In this document: piece after piece, positions 1 through 8,601 of the stretch
How the letters are laid out: every line of letters starts with the position of its first letter
Position numbering within the stretch: the stretch's first letter is position 1
Source of the DNA: an uncultured bacterium
GTDB lineage: Bacteria; Zixibacteria; MSB-5A5; GN15; FEB-12
Assembly (NCBI GenBank): GCA_965372795.1
Contig: CBDVDR010000026.1
Coordinates: forward strand, 1 to 36,386
Length of the DNA: 36,386 nt
Direction: 5' to 3'
The notes under the pieces: generated by a model
Told to the model about the DNA's origin: nothing
The model's database searches: none
Seen by the model: the letters and a program-made list of their open reading frames with translations, nothing else
Program-made: the position numbers and the translations under genes

Positions 1-88
1 TATTACTAATATCCAAGTTTAAAATTACTTTAAGTTAAAATAAATGTAACTCCGTTACCCTGCCGATAGTATATATAGATAGGTGAAT

Positions 89-733
89 ATGATATATATA
101 ATATCCATAATAATAATAATAATCGGACTAATCTCTTTTTTGAAATTAAGGCTCAAATTTTCATTTGGCCAGGGTGACAGACTGCTTTTTATCGGGATCG
201 GTAAATCAGGACCGGAGTTGAATTTTGTAGACAAAGTCGGAGTAATTAAAATTGCCGGGGTGAAGCTTAAATCATTCTCACTTCAAAAATCTGAGAAAAA
301 AGAAAAGTCTGAAAAAATTAAAAAAGAGAAACCAAAAAAAGAAAAAAAACGAACCAGATCTATTAAACAGGCTGTTTCACTTCTGCCCAATTTACTCAAT
401 TCTTTAGGGCACTTTTTTTTAGGACTGTTAAAATCGATTATTGTTGAGGAATTTCAGGGTAAAATTGAAGCCGGTTTTGATTCACCGGATAACACCGGCA
501 TCGTTTATGGATACTATCAGGCGGCGCTTGCCTCAGCCCCCAATGTTATGAGTCGGGTGCAATATACGCCAATTTGGAACGACTCCGGATTCAGTGTAAA
601 TATCAGAGGGTCGATTGCCCTCCCGTTATATAAAATTATTTATCAATTTTCTAAATTTGCGATCTCGCTGCCATTAAGAGAATTGATTAAATTGGCGATA
701 GGAACAAAGAAAGGAGCCCAGGATGGCAAATAA
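89..733 (+). CDS. DUF2953/YtfI-like membrane-anchored protein
   Basis: N-terminal TM helix, Lys/Glu-rich linker and GFDSPDNTGIVYG motif of the DUF2953 type; overlaps ytfJ, the usual pairing. ORF opens at GTG 83; ATG 89 chosen. Confidence 0.7.
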   Translation: MIYIISIIIIIIGLISFLKLRLKFSFGQGDRLLFIGIGKSGPELNFVDKVGVIKIAGVKLKSFSLQKSEKKEKSEKIKKEKPKKEKKRTRSIKQAVSLLPNLLNSLGHFFLGLLKSIIVEEFQGKIEAGFDSPDNTGIVYGYYQAALASAPNVMSRVQYTPIWNDSGFSVNIRGSIALPLYKIIYQFSKFAISLPLRELIKLAIGTKKGAQDGK

Positions 734-1127
734 CGTAGTTGATATATTAAAAGGTGTTGTAGGGGAACTAAAAGATATAGCTCGCTCAGAAACTATTATT
801 GGTGACCCGGTATCTATTGGTAAAACAACCGTCGTACCGGTTGTAAAAATTTCTGTTGGATTTGGTGCCGGTGGCGGTCAGGGTGAGAACGATAAACAGG
901 GTTCAGGCTTTGGTGGCGGCGGCGGCGGCGGAGCCAGAATAGAGCCGGCTGGATTTATTATCATTGAAGAGGGCGGCGTGCGGTTTCTATCAGCAGGTAA
1001 ATCCAAATGGGATAATATTATAGAGGCTGTTCCCGGGTTTGCAAAAAAGGTCTCAGAATGGACTGATAAGCTTAAAACTGAAAAAGATTCTGATTCAACC
1101 GATTCTCAGGCAGAGCCCGAAGAATAA
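723..1127 (+). CDS. ytfJ: GerW/YtfJ family protein
   Basis: TIIGDPV...VVPVVKISVGFGAGGG...GFGGGGGGGARIEPAGFII family signature. Confidence 0.88.
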   Translation: MANNVVDILKGVVGELKDIARSETIIGDPVSIGKTTVVPVVKISVGFGAGGGQGENDKQGSGFGGGGGGGARIEPAGFIIIEEGGVRFLSAGKSKWDNIIEAVPGFAKKVSEWTDKLKTEKDSDSTDSQAEPEE

Positions 1128-1144
1128 TTTCAAATAAACCACAC

Positions 1145-1175
1145 AAAGCCGATAATTCTTATCGGCTTTTATTTT
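1145..1175 (+). terminator. Rho-independent terminator
   Basis: AAAGCCGATAA-ttc-TTATCGGCTTT followed by a T-rich tail, just after ytfJ. Confidence 0.8.
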
Positions 1176-1260
1176 GTTATAAATCAACAAGTTACATCAC
1201 ACAATCATTGACGGGAACAGTCGGCAGTATTTTACTGTTAAAACTGTAGAATTAAAATAC

Positions 1261-1289
1261 TTGGCTATCCTTTTGGCTGACTGTATATT
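1261..1289 (+). promoter_or_regulatory. Putative sigma70 promoter of yajC-def-fmt-rng
   Basis: TTGGCT-N17-TATATT. Confidence 0.4.
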
Positions 1290-1403
1290 CTGTCTGCCTG
1301 ATCTGTGTCAGGAAATCAAAGCGACGCTGTCGCTTATGTTGAAACTCGATTGCAATTGTGCAGAATTTGAATAGTTAGTCGATAAATATAAGGAGAGAAA
1401 AAT

Positions 1404-1712
1404 TTGAATTGGCAAATTTTAATGTCTGGCGGTGCAGAAGCCGGCGGCAGTGGAATGGTTACTCTTATCTGGTTTGGGCTGATTTTTGTAATTATGTATT
1501 TATTGTTAATTCGCCCTCAGAGAAAGAAACAAAAAGAGCATGAACAGCTCTTAGTAGATTTAAAGAAAGGTGATAAAGTTATAACCAGTGGTGGTATGTT
1601 TGGTGTTATTTTCGCTATCGATGAAGAGCGAGGGCGTATTGTCCTCAAAATAGGAAATGATACCAAAATGGAGTTTTTAAAATCCTCCATCGCCACAAAA
1701 GTAGAAAATTAA
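1404..1712 (+). CDS. yajC: Preprotein translocase subunit YajC
   Basis: TM helix then IRPQRKKQK...LKKGDKVITSGG; AGGAG RBS before a TTG start. Confidence 0.95.
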   Translation: MNWQILMSGGAEAGGSGMVTLIWFGLIFVIMYLLLIRPQRKKQKEHEQLLVDLKKGDKVITSGGMFGVIFAIDEERGRIVLKIGNDTKMEFLKSSIATKVEN

Positions 1713-1727
1713 TTTTTTGGAGTAGTT

Positions 1728-2237
1728 GTGGCAGATAGGCCGATTGTCATATATGGTGACCCGGTTTTAAGGGAAGTATCCAGTCCGGTTGAAGAAGTCA
1801 ACCAGGAGATAAAAGATTTAGTGTCTGATATGATAGACACCTTAAAAAAAGCAAATGGGCTTGGTCTGGCAGCAGTTCAAATAGGTATGCCTAAAAGAAT
1901 ATTTATAGTCGACCTGTCTGTTACAGATATAAATGCCACCCTAAAAGTTTTTATTAATCCGGAAATAATCTCAACCAGTGAAGAAAATTGCGAATTTGAA
2001 GAGGGATGTTTATCATTTCCGGGGATTTATCAAAAAATTTTCCGTCCTGCACGAGTGACAATTAAAGCCTTGGACGTGGACGGCAAAGAATTCAAAATGG
2101 ATGCGAACGGGCTTGCTGCCCGGGCAATATTGCACGAATATTCGCATCTTGAGGGTGAATTATTTATTGATTTGTTTTCGCCTATTGCAAAAACTTTGAT
2201 GAAAAGTCGGTTGAAAAAACTGGCACAGGCTTCTTAA
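1728..2237 (+). CDS. def: Peptide deformylase
   Basis: GLGLAAVQ, EGCLS and HEYSH motifs; adjacent to fmt. Confidence 0.95.
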   Translation: MADRPIVIYGDPVLREVSSPVEEVNQEIKDLVSDMIDTLKKANGLGLAAVQIGMPKRIFIVDLSVTDINATLKVFINPEIISTSEENCEFEEGCLSFPGIYQKIFRPARVTIKALDVDGKEFKMDANGLAARAILHEYSHLEGELFIDLFSPIAKTLMKSRLKKLAQAS

Positions 2238-2311
2238 CTAAGCTGCTTCACAAACTCCTTTTTTTTGATAAACGGGATAGCCGTTTATCTGGTTAATTTT
2301 ATCGTTACATT

Positions 2312-3280
2312 ATGCGCATAGTATTTATGGGTACGCCCGAGTTTGCCTGCAAACCGCTTGAAGCCTTGTGTCAAAGTAAACATGACATTGTGGCAGTGGT
2401 AACCGGTGCGGATAAACCTCAAGGGCGTGGCAAAAAAGTAACTTCGACAGCAGTATGCCAGGCGGCAGATTGCGCCAATATTGTTACTATTAAGGCACAT
2501 TCTCTTAAGGATGATAATCTTTATCAACAACTAAAAGAGTTTGATGCGGATTTGTTTATAGTAATAGCATTTAGAATATTACCAAAAAAATTAATCAGTT
2601 TACCAAAAGTCGGAGCAATTAATATCCATGCTTCACTTCTCCCAAAATACCGGGGAGCAGCCCCGATTAATTGGGCTTTGGTAAACGGTGAAAAAGAAAC
2701 CGGTTTAACAAGTTTCTTTTTAAAAAAGACAGTAGATACCGGAGATATTATTCTCCGGGAAAAAATTAACATTCAAGAAAACGAAAATTTTGATTCTCTC
2801 CATAATCGGCTTTCAGAAATTTCAGGTCAGTTTTTACTTAAAACGATTGATCTGATTGAAAGCGGCGATTATAAACTTATCCAACAGGACGAGTCGCTAT
2901 CCTCCCCCGCACCCAAGATTACACCATTCGATACATTAATCGATTTCGGATTTCCATCTGAAAATATTGTGAACTTTATCAGGGGCATGTCGACTCGGCC
3001 GGGCGCATACACTTTTTTCCGAGGGAAAAAGATCAAAATCTACTCTGCCAAAGTTGCAGAGATTGATCCCTTTGAAAATGAAAGTTATCAAAACCAGCGT
3101 CCCGGTACTGTTATTTATGCTAAAAAGAAATTATGGGTAAGTTCTGCCGATGGCGCCATTGAATTGCTAAAGATTCATCCAGAGGGCAAAAAGGGTATGG
3201 ATGGCCAGGCATTTCTAAACGGTGTGAGACCGGAAATCGGAGAAATTTTTGGAGAGATAGCGCAAGGGGTTAAGGAGTAA
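2312..3280 (+). CDS. fmt: Methionyl-tRNA formyltransferase
   Basis: MRIVFMGTPEFA, NIHASLLPKYRGAAPINWA, DTGDII. Confidence 0.97.
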   Translation: MRIVFMGTPEFACKPLEALCQSKHDIVAVVTGADKPQGRGKKVTSTAVCQAADCANIVTIKAHSLKDDNLYQQLKEFDADLFIVIAFRILPKKLISLPKVGAINIHASLLPKYRGAAPINWALVNGEKETGLTSFFLKKTVDTGDIILREKINIQENENFDSLHNRLSEISGQFLLKTIDLIESGDYKLIQQDESLSSPAPKITPFDTLIDFGFPSENIVNFIRGMSTRPGAYTFFRGKKIKIYSAKVAEIDPFENESYQNQRPGTVIYAKKKLWVSSADGAIELLKIHPEGKKGMDGQAFLNGVRPEIGEIFGEIAQGVKE

Positions 3281-3281
3281 A

Positions 3282-4817
3282 ATGAAAAAAGAAATTCTAA
3301 TCAACTCAAACGATTATGAAACCCGGGTAGCGATGCTTGAAGATGACCGTCTGGTCGAATTTCAAGTTGAACGTCCGGAGACCGAACGTATGGTCGGTGA
3401 CATTTATAAAGGCATAGTCAGAACGGTTCTACCCGGAATGCAAGCTGCCTTTATCGATATTGGTTTGCCACGGGCGGCTTATCTTCATTCATCAGACATT
3501 GGTAAAGATTACGGGAAAAATTTCGATTCCGATGAATTTGATGAAGAAGCGCCGGCTGAAATCATTCGTAAAACAAGACGCGAAACCATAGAACGGGTTA
3601 TTAAGAAGAACCAAACTGTTCTTGTACAAGTTATTAAAGAACCGATTTCGACCAAAGGACCAAGAATCTCAACTGAGATTTCTATCCCCGGCAGATATCT
3701 GGTATTGGTTCCCGATGATGACCATGTCCGCGTATCAAAACGGATCGCCAACTGGGCTGAAAGAAAGAGACTCAAAAACGAGATCTCGCCTCTCAGACCG
3801 GAAGGATTCGGACTAATTATCAGGACTGAAGCAGAAGGTAAACAAGAGCCCGATTTTCGAGCTGATGTTAAAAGACTGTTAAAACTCTGGGCTAAACTTA
3901 AAAAGAAAGCTGAAAATTCCCCGGCACCATCAATGATACATAAAGAAGCTGAGATGACCGTATCAATGATCCGGGATTTATTTACCGAGGATGTCGAACG
4001 AGTTCTGGTTGATAATAAAGATGATTTCAAAAAAATTGTCTCTTACGCCCGACAGGTAGCACCTGAATTAAAAGACAGAGTTGAACTATATAAAGGCGAC
4101 CAGCCTCTTTTTGATCTCTACGATCTCGAACCAGAAATTGATAAAATGCTCGATCGAAAGGTTTGGATTCGCAAAGGCGCCTATCTGATCATTGATCAGA
4201 CGGAAGCGATGGTTACAATTGATGTTAACACCGGGCGCTATGTCGGCACAAAAGATCAGGAAGAAACAATATTCAGAACCAATATTGAAGCAGCCAGAGA
4301 GATTGCCCGTCAGATTCGACTGAGAGATATCGGCGGACTGTTGATATTTGATTTTATCGATATGTATAATCGAGATAATCGCAGAAAATTGTATGATGAA
4401 TTTCTGAAATTTCTGGTCAATGACCGTGCTAAAAGAGCCGTTAACCCGGTAACTGATTTTGGTTTAATGGAAATGACCCGTGAACGGGTGCGCCAGTCAC
4501 ATCTTCATAAATTATCAGATACTTGTCCTAATTGTAACGGACTTGGTCGAGTAATTTCAAAAGAAACAATGGCAACAAAAATCGAACGCTGGTTTGTCAG
4601 AGCCAAAGCTGATAAGAATTTTAGCAGTTTTAATTTAATTTTAAATCCGACTCTGGCTGAATCCATGTCTGATAACGGAGTGAACCGTATTTCCAGATTG
4701 ATGAAAATAAATAAAATCAAAATCAATTTGGTAAGAGATACAACCGTGCTTTTACAGGATTTTTCGGTTTATGATGCGGTTACTAATATTAATATCACTG
4801 AAAAATATATGGTTTAA
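3282..4817 (+). CDS. rng: Rne/Rng family ribonuclease (RNase G length)
   Basis: S1 domain GDIYKG..PGMQAAFIDIG, IDVNTG, ARQIRLRDIGGL..DFIDM, CPNCNGLG Zn-link; 511 aa with no scaffold tail. Confidence 0.92.
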   Translation: MKKEILINSNDYETRVAMLEDDRLVEFQVERPETERMVGDIYKGIVRTVLPGMQAAFIDIGLPRAAYLHSSDIGKDYGKNFDSDEFDEEAPAEIIRKTRRETIERVIKKNQTVLVQVIKEPISTKGPRISTEISIPGRYLVLVPDDDHVRVSKRIANWAERKRLKNEISPLRPEGFGLIIRTEAEGKQEPDFRADVKRLLKLWAKLKKKAENSPAPSMIHKEAEMTVSMIRDLFTEDVERVLVDNKDDFKKIVSYARQVAPELKDRVELYKGDQPLFDLYDLEPEIDKMLDRKVWIRKGAYLIIDQTEAMVTIDVNTGRYVGTKDQEETIFRTNIEAAREIARQIRLRDIGGLLIFDFIDMYNRDNRRKLYDEFLKFLVNDRAKRAVNPVTDFGLMEMTRERVRQSHLHKLSDTCPNCNGLGRVISKETMATKIERWFVRAKADKNFSSFNLILNPTLAESMSDNGVNRISRLMKINKIKINLVRDTTVLLQDFSVYDAVTNINITEKYMV

Positions 4818-4873
4818 TAAAATTTTACTTTTTTTCTTTTCAAGTAGGAACTGTTTACTATATTGATATTGTT

Positions 4874-5512
4874 ATGGCAGAAAATTCAAGATTAAATAGA
4901 GAGATTGAAATAAAACTCGATCTGGGATCGTTCACAAACTATCTGAAACTGATCGGGTATCTTGGTCATATTGAAGATGAGTCCCGGCAGATAAATTCAT
5001 TCTTTGATACCGAAGACAGAAAACTGGCAAGTAAAGGCTGGGCTTTACGGGTTCGGGCAGAAAATAAACGCGGCTTGATTACAATCAAAAGTATTGGAAC
5101 TCAACCGGGAATAGCTGCTATGCGGCAGGAGATCGAAACTCAAATTGGTCGCAATGAGGCTTTGGCTTTGATAAATATGCAGGGCAATGTGATGGACCTT
5201 GAGGTAATGCCGATTGAATATTTAATCGAAAAAGTCGGCAAGCAAAAAGTCACCCGTCTGGTTCAGTTTGAAAATATCCGCCAACGGAAATTATTCAAAA
5301 TCGATGACCAGAATTATATGCTCGAAATTGATAAGACAGAATTCAATGACGGGTCTGTCGATTATGAACTTGAATTGGAAATGTCTGACACCTCAAAAAT
5401 GGATACTATTGAAGCAAGTATACGTAAACTTTTCTTGTCTTTAGATATACCATTTTTGCCACAGGTTGAAAGCAAATTTGCCCGCGCTCTAAAAAAAGCG
5501 AATATCCTTTAG
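4874..5512 (+). CDS. CYTH (triphosphate tunnel metalloenzyme) domain protein
   Basis: EIEIK, FFDT, ALRVR, DYELELE and SKFARAL motifs. Confidence 0.88.
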   Translation: MAENSRLNREIEIKLDLGSFTNYLKLIGYLGHIEDESRQINSFFDTEDRKLASKGWALRVRAENKRGLITIKSIGTQPGIAAMRQEIETQIGRNEALALINMQGNVMDLEVMPIEYLIEKVGKQKVTRLVQFENIRQRKLFKIDDQNYMLEIDKTEFNDGSVDYELELEMSDTSKMDTIEASIRKLFLSLDIPFLPQVESKFARALKKANIL

Positions 5513-5607
5513 AAAATATTCAAATCAAATTATAATTATTAAATTGTTTAATGCGGAACAGGTAAACCTGTTCCCCGTGAGAATGAATAAGTAAGAAAAA
5601 TGTTACC

Positions 5608-5674
5608 CACGAAATAATCACACGAAATAATCACACGAAGTGTGTCAGGTCTCCAAGACACACTTCGTGTGATT
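5608..5674. repeat. 13-bp tandem duplication leading into a perfect 18-bp inverted repeat
   Basis: CACGAAATAATCA x2 (5608-5633); AATCACACGAAGTGTGTC (5629-5646) and GACACACTTCGTGTGATT (5657-5674). Confidence 0.85.
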
Positions 5675-5776
5675 GTTCTCTACTCAAGCGAGTCATTACG
5701 AGCAAGGCAACCATTACAAATTTTGTGAGCGGTAGACGTCATCCATAATTTATATTAAAATTATATATAATTGAAT

Positions 5777-5805
5777 AGACACCCACCCCATGGGGTGGGC
5801 TACCC
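5777..5805 (-). repeat. GTAG-type REP-like palindrome
   Basis: Minus strand GGGTAGCCCACCCCATGGGGTGGGTGTCT; related copy at 32687-32716. Confidence 0.55.
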
Positions 5806-5834
5806 AGTTGACCTACGCAACTTTATACTATCGG

Positions 5835-7293
5835 TTATTTTCCGGGCTCAGGAATTTCTTCTTTAATTCCAGCCAGTTTACGGGCGATTTCGACTTTTTC
5901 TTCAAGTTTCCCACTGGCTCTAATAATTAGTTTCGCACCATCGGGCGAACCGCCGCCATGCATACAGCCCGGGACTCCACCTCCAATGGTACTCCATTCG
6001 ACCAGTCGGGCTGATCGCGCTCTTGAGTCAGCCGAATGTTTAGCCGTCATATATTTTTTAATCAGATGTCCGTATTTTTTTGATTCAAAATCTTTGTATG
6101 ATGGCATACATCCGGTCTCGGCAATCCCGCCGGCAATATCCTGGGCAAGAACCGAGGTTTCATACGGCAAAGTTGCAACATGAACTTTATTTACATTAGC
6201 AAGCATCGGATCGCACAACCAGGCACCGGAAGGATGTTTTTTTCCAATAGCTGCGGCGGCAATTCCGAGTCCGAAAGTTGTTTCATTGTTGATGTGCATC
6301 TTCACTAATTTATCTTTGAAAATTTTTGAGTGCAGTCCGTTGGTTCGGGCGGTTAAAATTGCAGATCCGATTTTTATATCTCCCTGTCCGGCAACACAAC
6401 CGCCGATAGCAGAGCGATACGGCATAATAAAATTGCCGATTGTTTTACCCGAATACTTATATTCACCGCACATGAAAACTCTTTCATTCGGAATAAAAAC
6501 ATCCTCAAAAAACAGAAATGCCTGAGTAATGCCGCCTTGCTGCACCGGATTATCAAAGCCTTCTTCTCCATCACGAGTATCACTTGGATGACGTGTCTCA
6601 ACAATTGTTAAACCTTCAATATCACGAGGAATAACAAATGATATTGCACAGTCAGCATCCTCTTCTTTATAACCTGATCCCGGAATAATAAATATTTCAC
6701 TTGAGGCTGCCACTCCGCAAATCATCAACTTGGCACCTCGCACAACTATGCCATCATCTCTTTTTTCTTTAAGATGCAAATACACATCTTTGTCATTCTG
6801 CTGGGATGGTGTCTTGGTGCGATCACCTTTGGCATCGGTTAAGGCTCCGGCAATTGTAATGTCTCTTTTTTGGGCATCCTCAAGCCAGGTTAAAAACCTT
6901 TTGTGATAGTCGGTTCCATATTCCTGATCCATCTCCCAGCTTGAAATAAACATTGCATTCAAAGCTGACCATCCGGCGCATCTGCCTCCGGTGCAAGTAC
7001 CGGTAAGATGAAACATCAACCTTTTCATTTCAGAGTTGGCGTACATATCTTCAGCAGTTTGAATAATCGAAAGGTATCGGCTAATCGGCTCCCCGGTAAT
7101 ATGCGAGGTTGTTGTAACTTTATCTTTTAATTCATCATCAAAGGCAGCCTTAAAGGTCCAGCCATGCCCCTCAACGGTTCTTTTGGTAGCGGGATGAGTG
7201 GTGACATCTTCAATCGGTTCATCAAATTTATGAATATTCGGTTTTAATATTTTTTAATGTTTCCAGATATTCCTGATATGTCTTTAATGCCAT
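5835..7293 (-). pseudogene. 4-hydroxybutyryl-CoA dehydratase (AbfD)/HpaB family protein with a 1-nt frameshift near codon 14-17
   Basis: ATG at 7293 with GGAG RBS reads MALKTYQEYLETLK and stops early. Another frame continues KPNIHKFDEPIEDVTTHP... into the 403-aa ORF (GALTDAKGDR, GIVVRGAK, MHGGGSP). Removing one A in the runs at 7242-7255 gives 485 aa. Confidence 0.8.
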
Positions 7294-7384
7294 GATTCCC
7301 TCCGAAATAGCTCAATTTTTAATTACTTCAATATATCACCTTGTGAAAAAGATAACAATACATTTATCCAAAAGAATATTAATA

Positions 7385-7412
7385 AAAAAAACCGGCTTAT
7401 TAAGCCGGTTTT
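7385..7412 (-). terminator. Rho-independent terminator
   Basis: AAAACCGGCTTA/TAAGCCGGTTTT with an A-run on its left, after the lipoprotein gene. Confidence 0.75.
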
Positions 7413-7436
7413 ATGAGAAAAATATTATCTGTTATT

Positions 7437-8507
7437 TTAGAAAATCAACCATAGGGGTTCACCGGTTCCACGCCAGGTACTGCCATTATATAAATCTTTC
7501 TGGTCATTCAAAATAACAATCTTTGTCTGAATAGAATCTAATCCGGTCATGTTATAGTCATCCGAATATCCACTGTTTAGGGCAACTTTCATAACAAGCG
7601 TATATTTTCCAAGAAGCGGATCATAGTCTGAAACTGTCCGGGTATCCCAGCGGCTGCCGCGATTGGCATCAGAGATATCACCAAAATCAGTATTTATCAT
7701 CCATCCCGGAACTTTCTGTTGATATATCCATCCAGTGGTTACCGGCCAGTAGTAGTAATCAATAATAATTGTCGTATCCTCACCAACAATAGTTGTGTCA
7801 GCATTCATGATTCCAACCGGATCATCAAACCGATTTATTTTCATATCATAATCAAATAAGTAATCAGTAAATTCGCTGGTATCCTGATGCACATATATTG
7901 GTTCGCCTATAACACCCTGTACATTATGATTTTCCCAGGCAATTTTATCATTAGTCGAAGTACCAACAGTATCGAGTTCTAATGAATCGGCACGGCTATA
8001 GATGTACCCTTCGGCAAATCCTGCTCCACCGGTTGTAAGCACCCGCCAGTTGAAAGCATCCCAATTACTTACCGTAGTGTCCGGGTTCTTAAAAAACAGA
8101 TATAACTGGTCTTCGCTTTCAATTGTATTTCTTCGAAAATGAGGTAATCCGATAGAATCGCTGATAAAATAATAATCAGGCCAAACATTAAAAGTTTCAT
8201 CATCCCATTGAATTCTCATGAAAAGGAATCCATTATTAACAATGACTTGCAATAAAGCAGTTTCAGAAACTTTCAATAATTTTGCCGGCATTTTCGGAAG
8301 CACGGCTGCTTTAGTAATATCAATTCTTACCGTATCGACATTGGTCCAAACCGAAGAATTTGCCGAGGTCATCCCAGGGTCACCGGCGGTAGAGTTGATT
8401 TGTATGGTCTTATCTGGAATTACATCAGGTTCTGTTGGACCATCTTTACCACATCCGAGCCATAATGTTAAACTTAATAAACAAATTAGAAGGAAAATCT
8501 TTTTCAT
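7437..8507 (-). CDS. Lipoprotein with a probable DOMON/ethylbenzene-dehydrogenase-gamma-like domain
   Basis: MKKIFLL..LWLG-C lipobox with GGAG RBS; LFMRIQWDD, EDQL, WDAFNW, YTLVMKVALNSG..DD pattern. The domain call is tentative. Confidence 0.6.
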   Translation of the reverse strand: MKKIFLLICLLSLTLWLGCGKDGPTEPDVIPDKTIQINSTAGDPGMTSANSSVWTNVDTVRIDITKAAVLPKMPAKLLKVSETALLQVIVNNGFLFMRIQWDDETFNVWPDYYFISDSIGLPHFRRNTIESEDQLYLFFKNPDTTVSNWDAFNWRVLTTGGAGFAEGYIYSRADSLELDTVGTSTNDKIAWENHNVQGVIGEPIYVHQDTSEFTDYLFDYDMKINRFDDPVGIMNADTTIVGEDTTIIIDYYYWPVTTGWIYQQKVPGWMINTDFGDISDANRGSRWDTRTVSDYDPLLGKYTLVMKVALNSGYSDDYNMTGLDSIQTKIVILNDQKDLYNGSTWRGTGEPLWLIF

Positions 8508-8601
8508 TGATTGCTCCATATTATAATAATTAAATTGTCCTGATATAAAATAATACAATTCTGAGAAGTAAAAAGCGAAATATTTCCGCTATTATTGGAA
8601 A

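Noticed and set aside
912..932. GGC trinucleotide run as a contingency locus
   Set aside because: Encodes the conserved poly-Gly of the YtfJ family.
1297..1335. Two small hairpins in the yajC leader
   Set aside because: Stems are only 5-7 bp and match no RNA family I recognise.
3509..4030. 173-aa minus-strand ORF, and similar short ORFs overlapping fmt, mcp, the S8 gene, ric, the nuclease and the ATP-grasp gene
   Set aside because: Antisense or off-frame shadows of well-supported genes, with no motifs.
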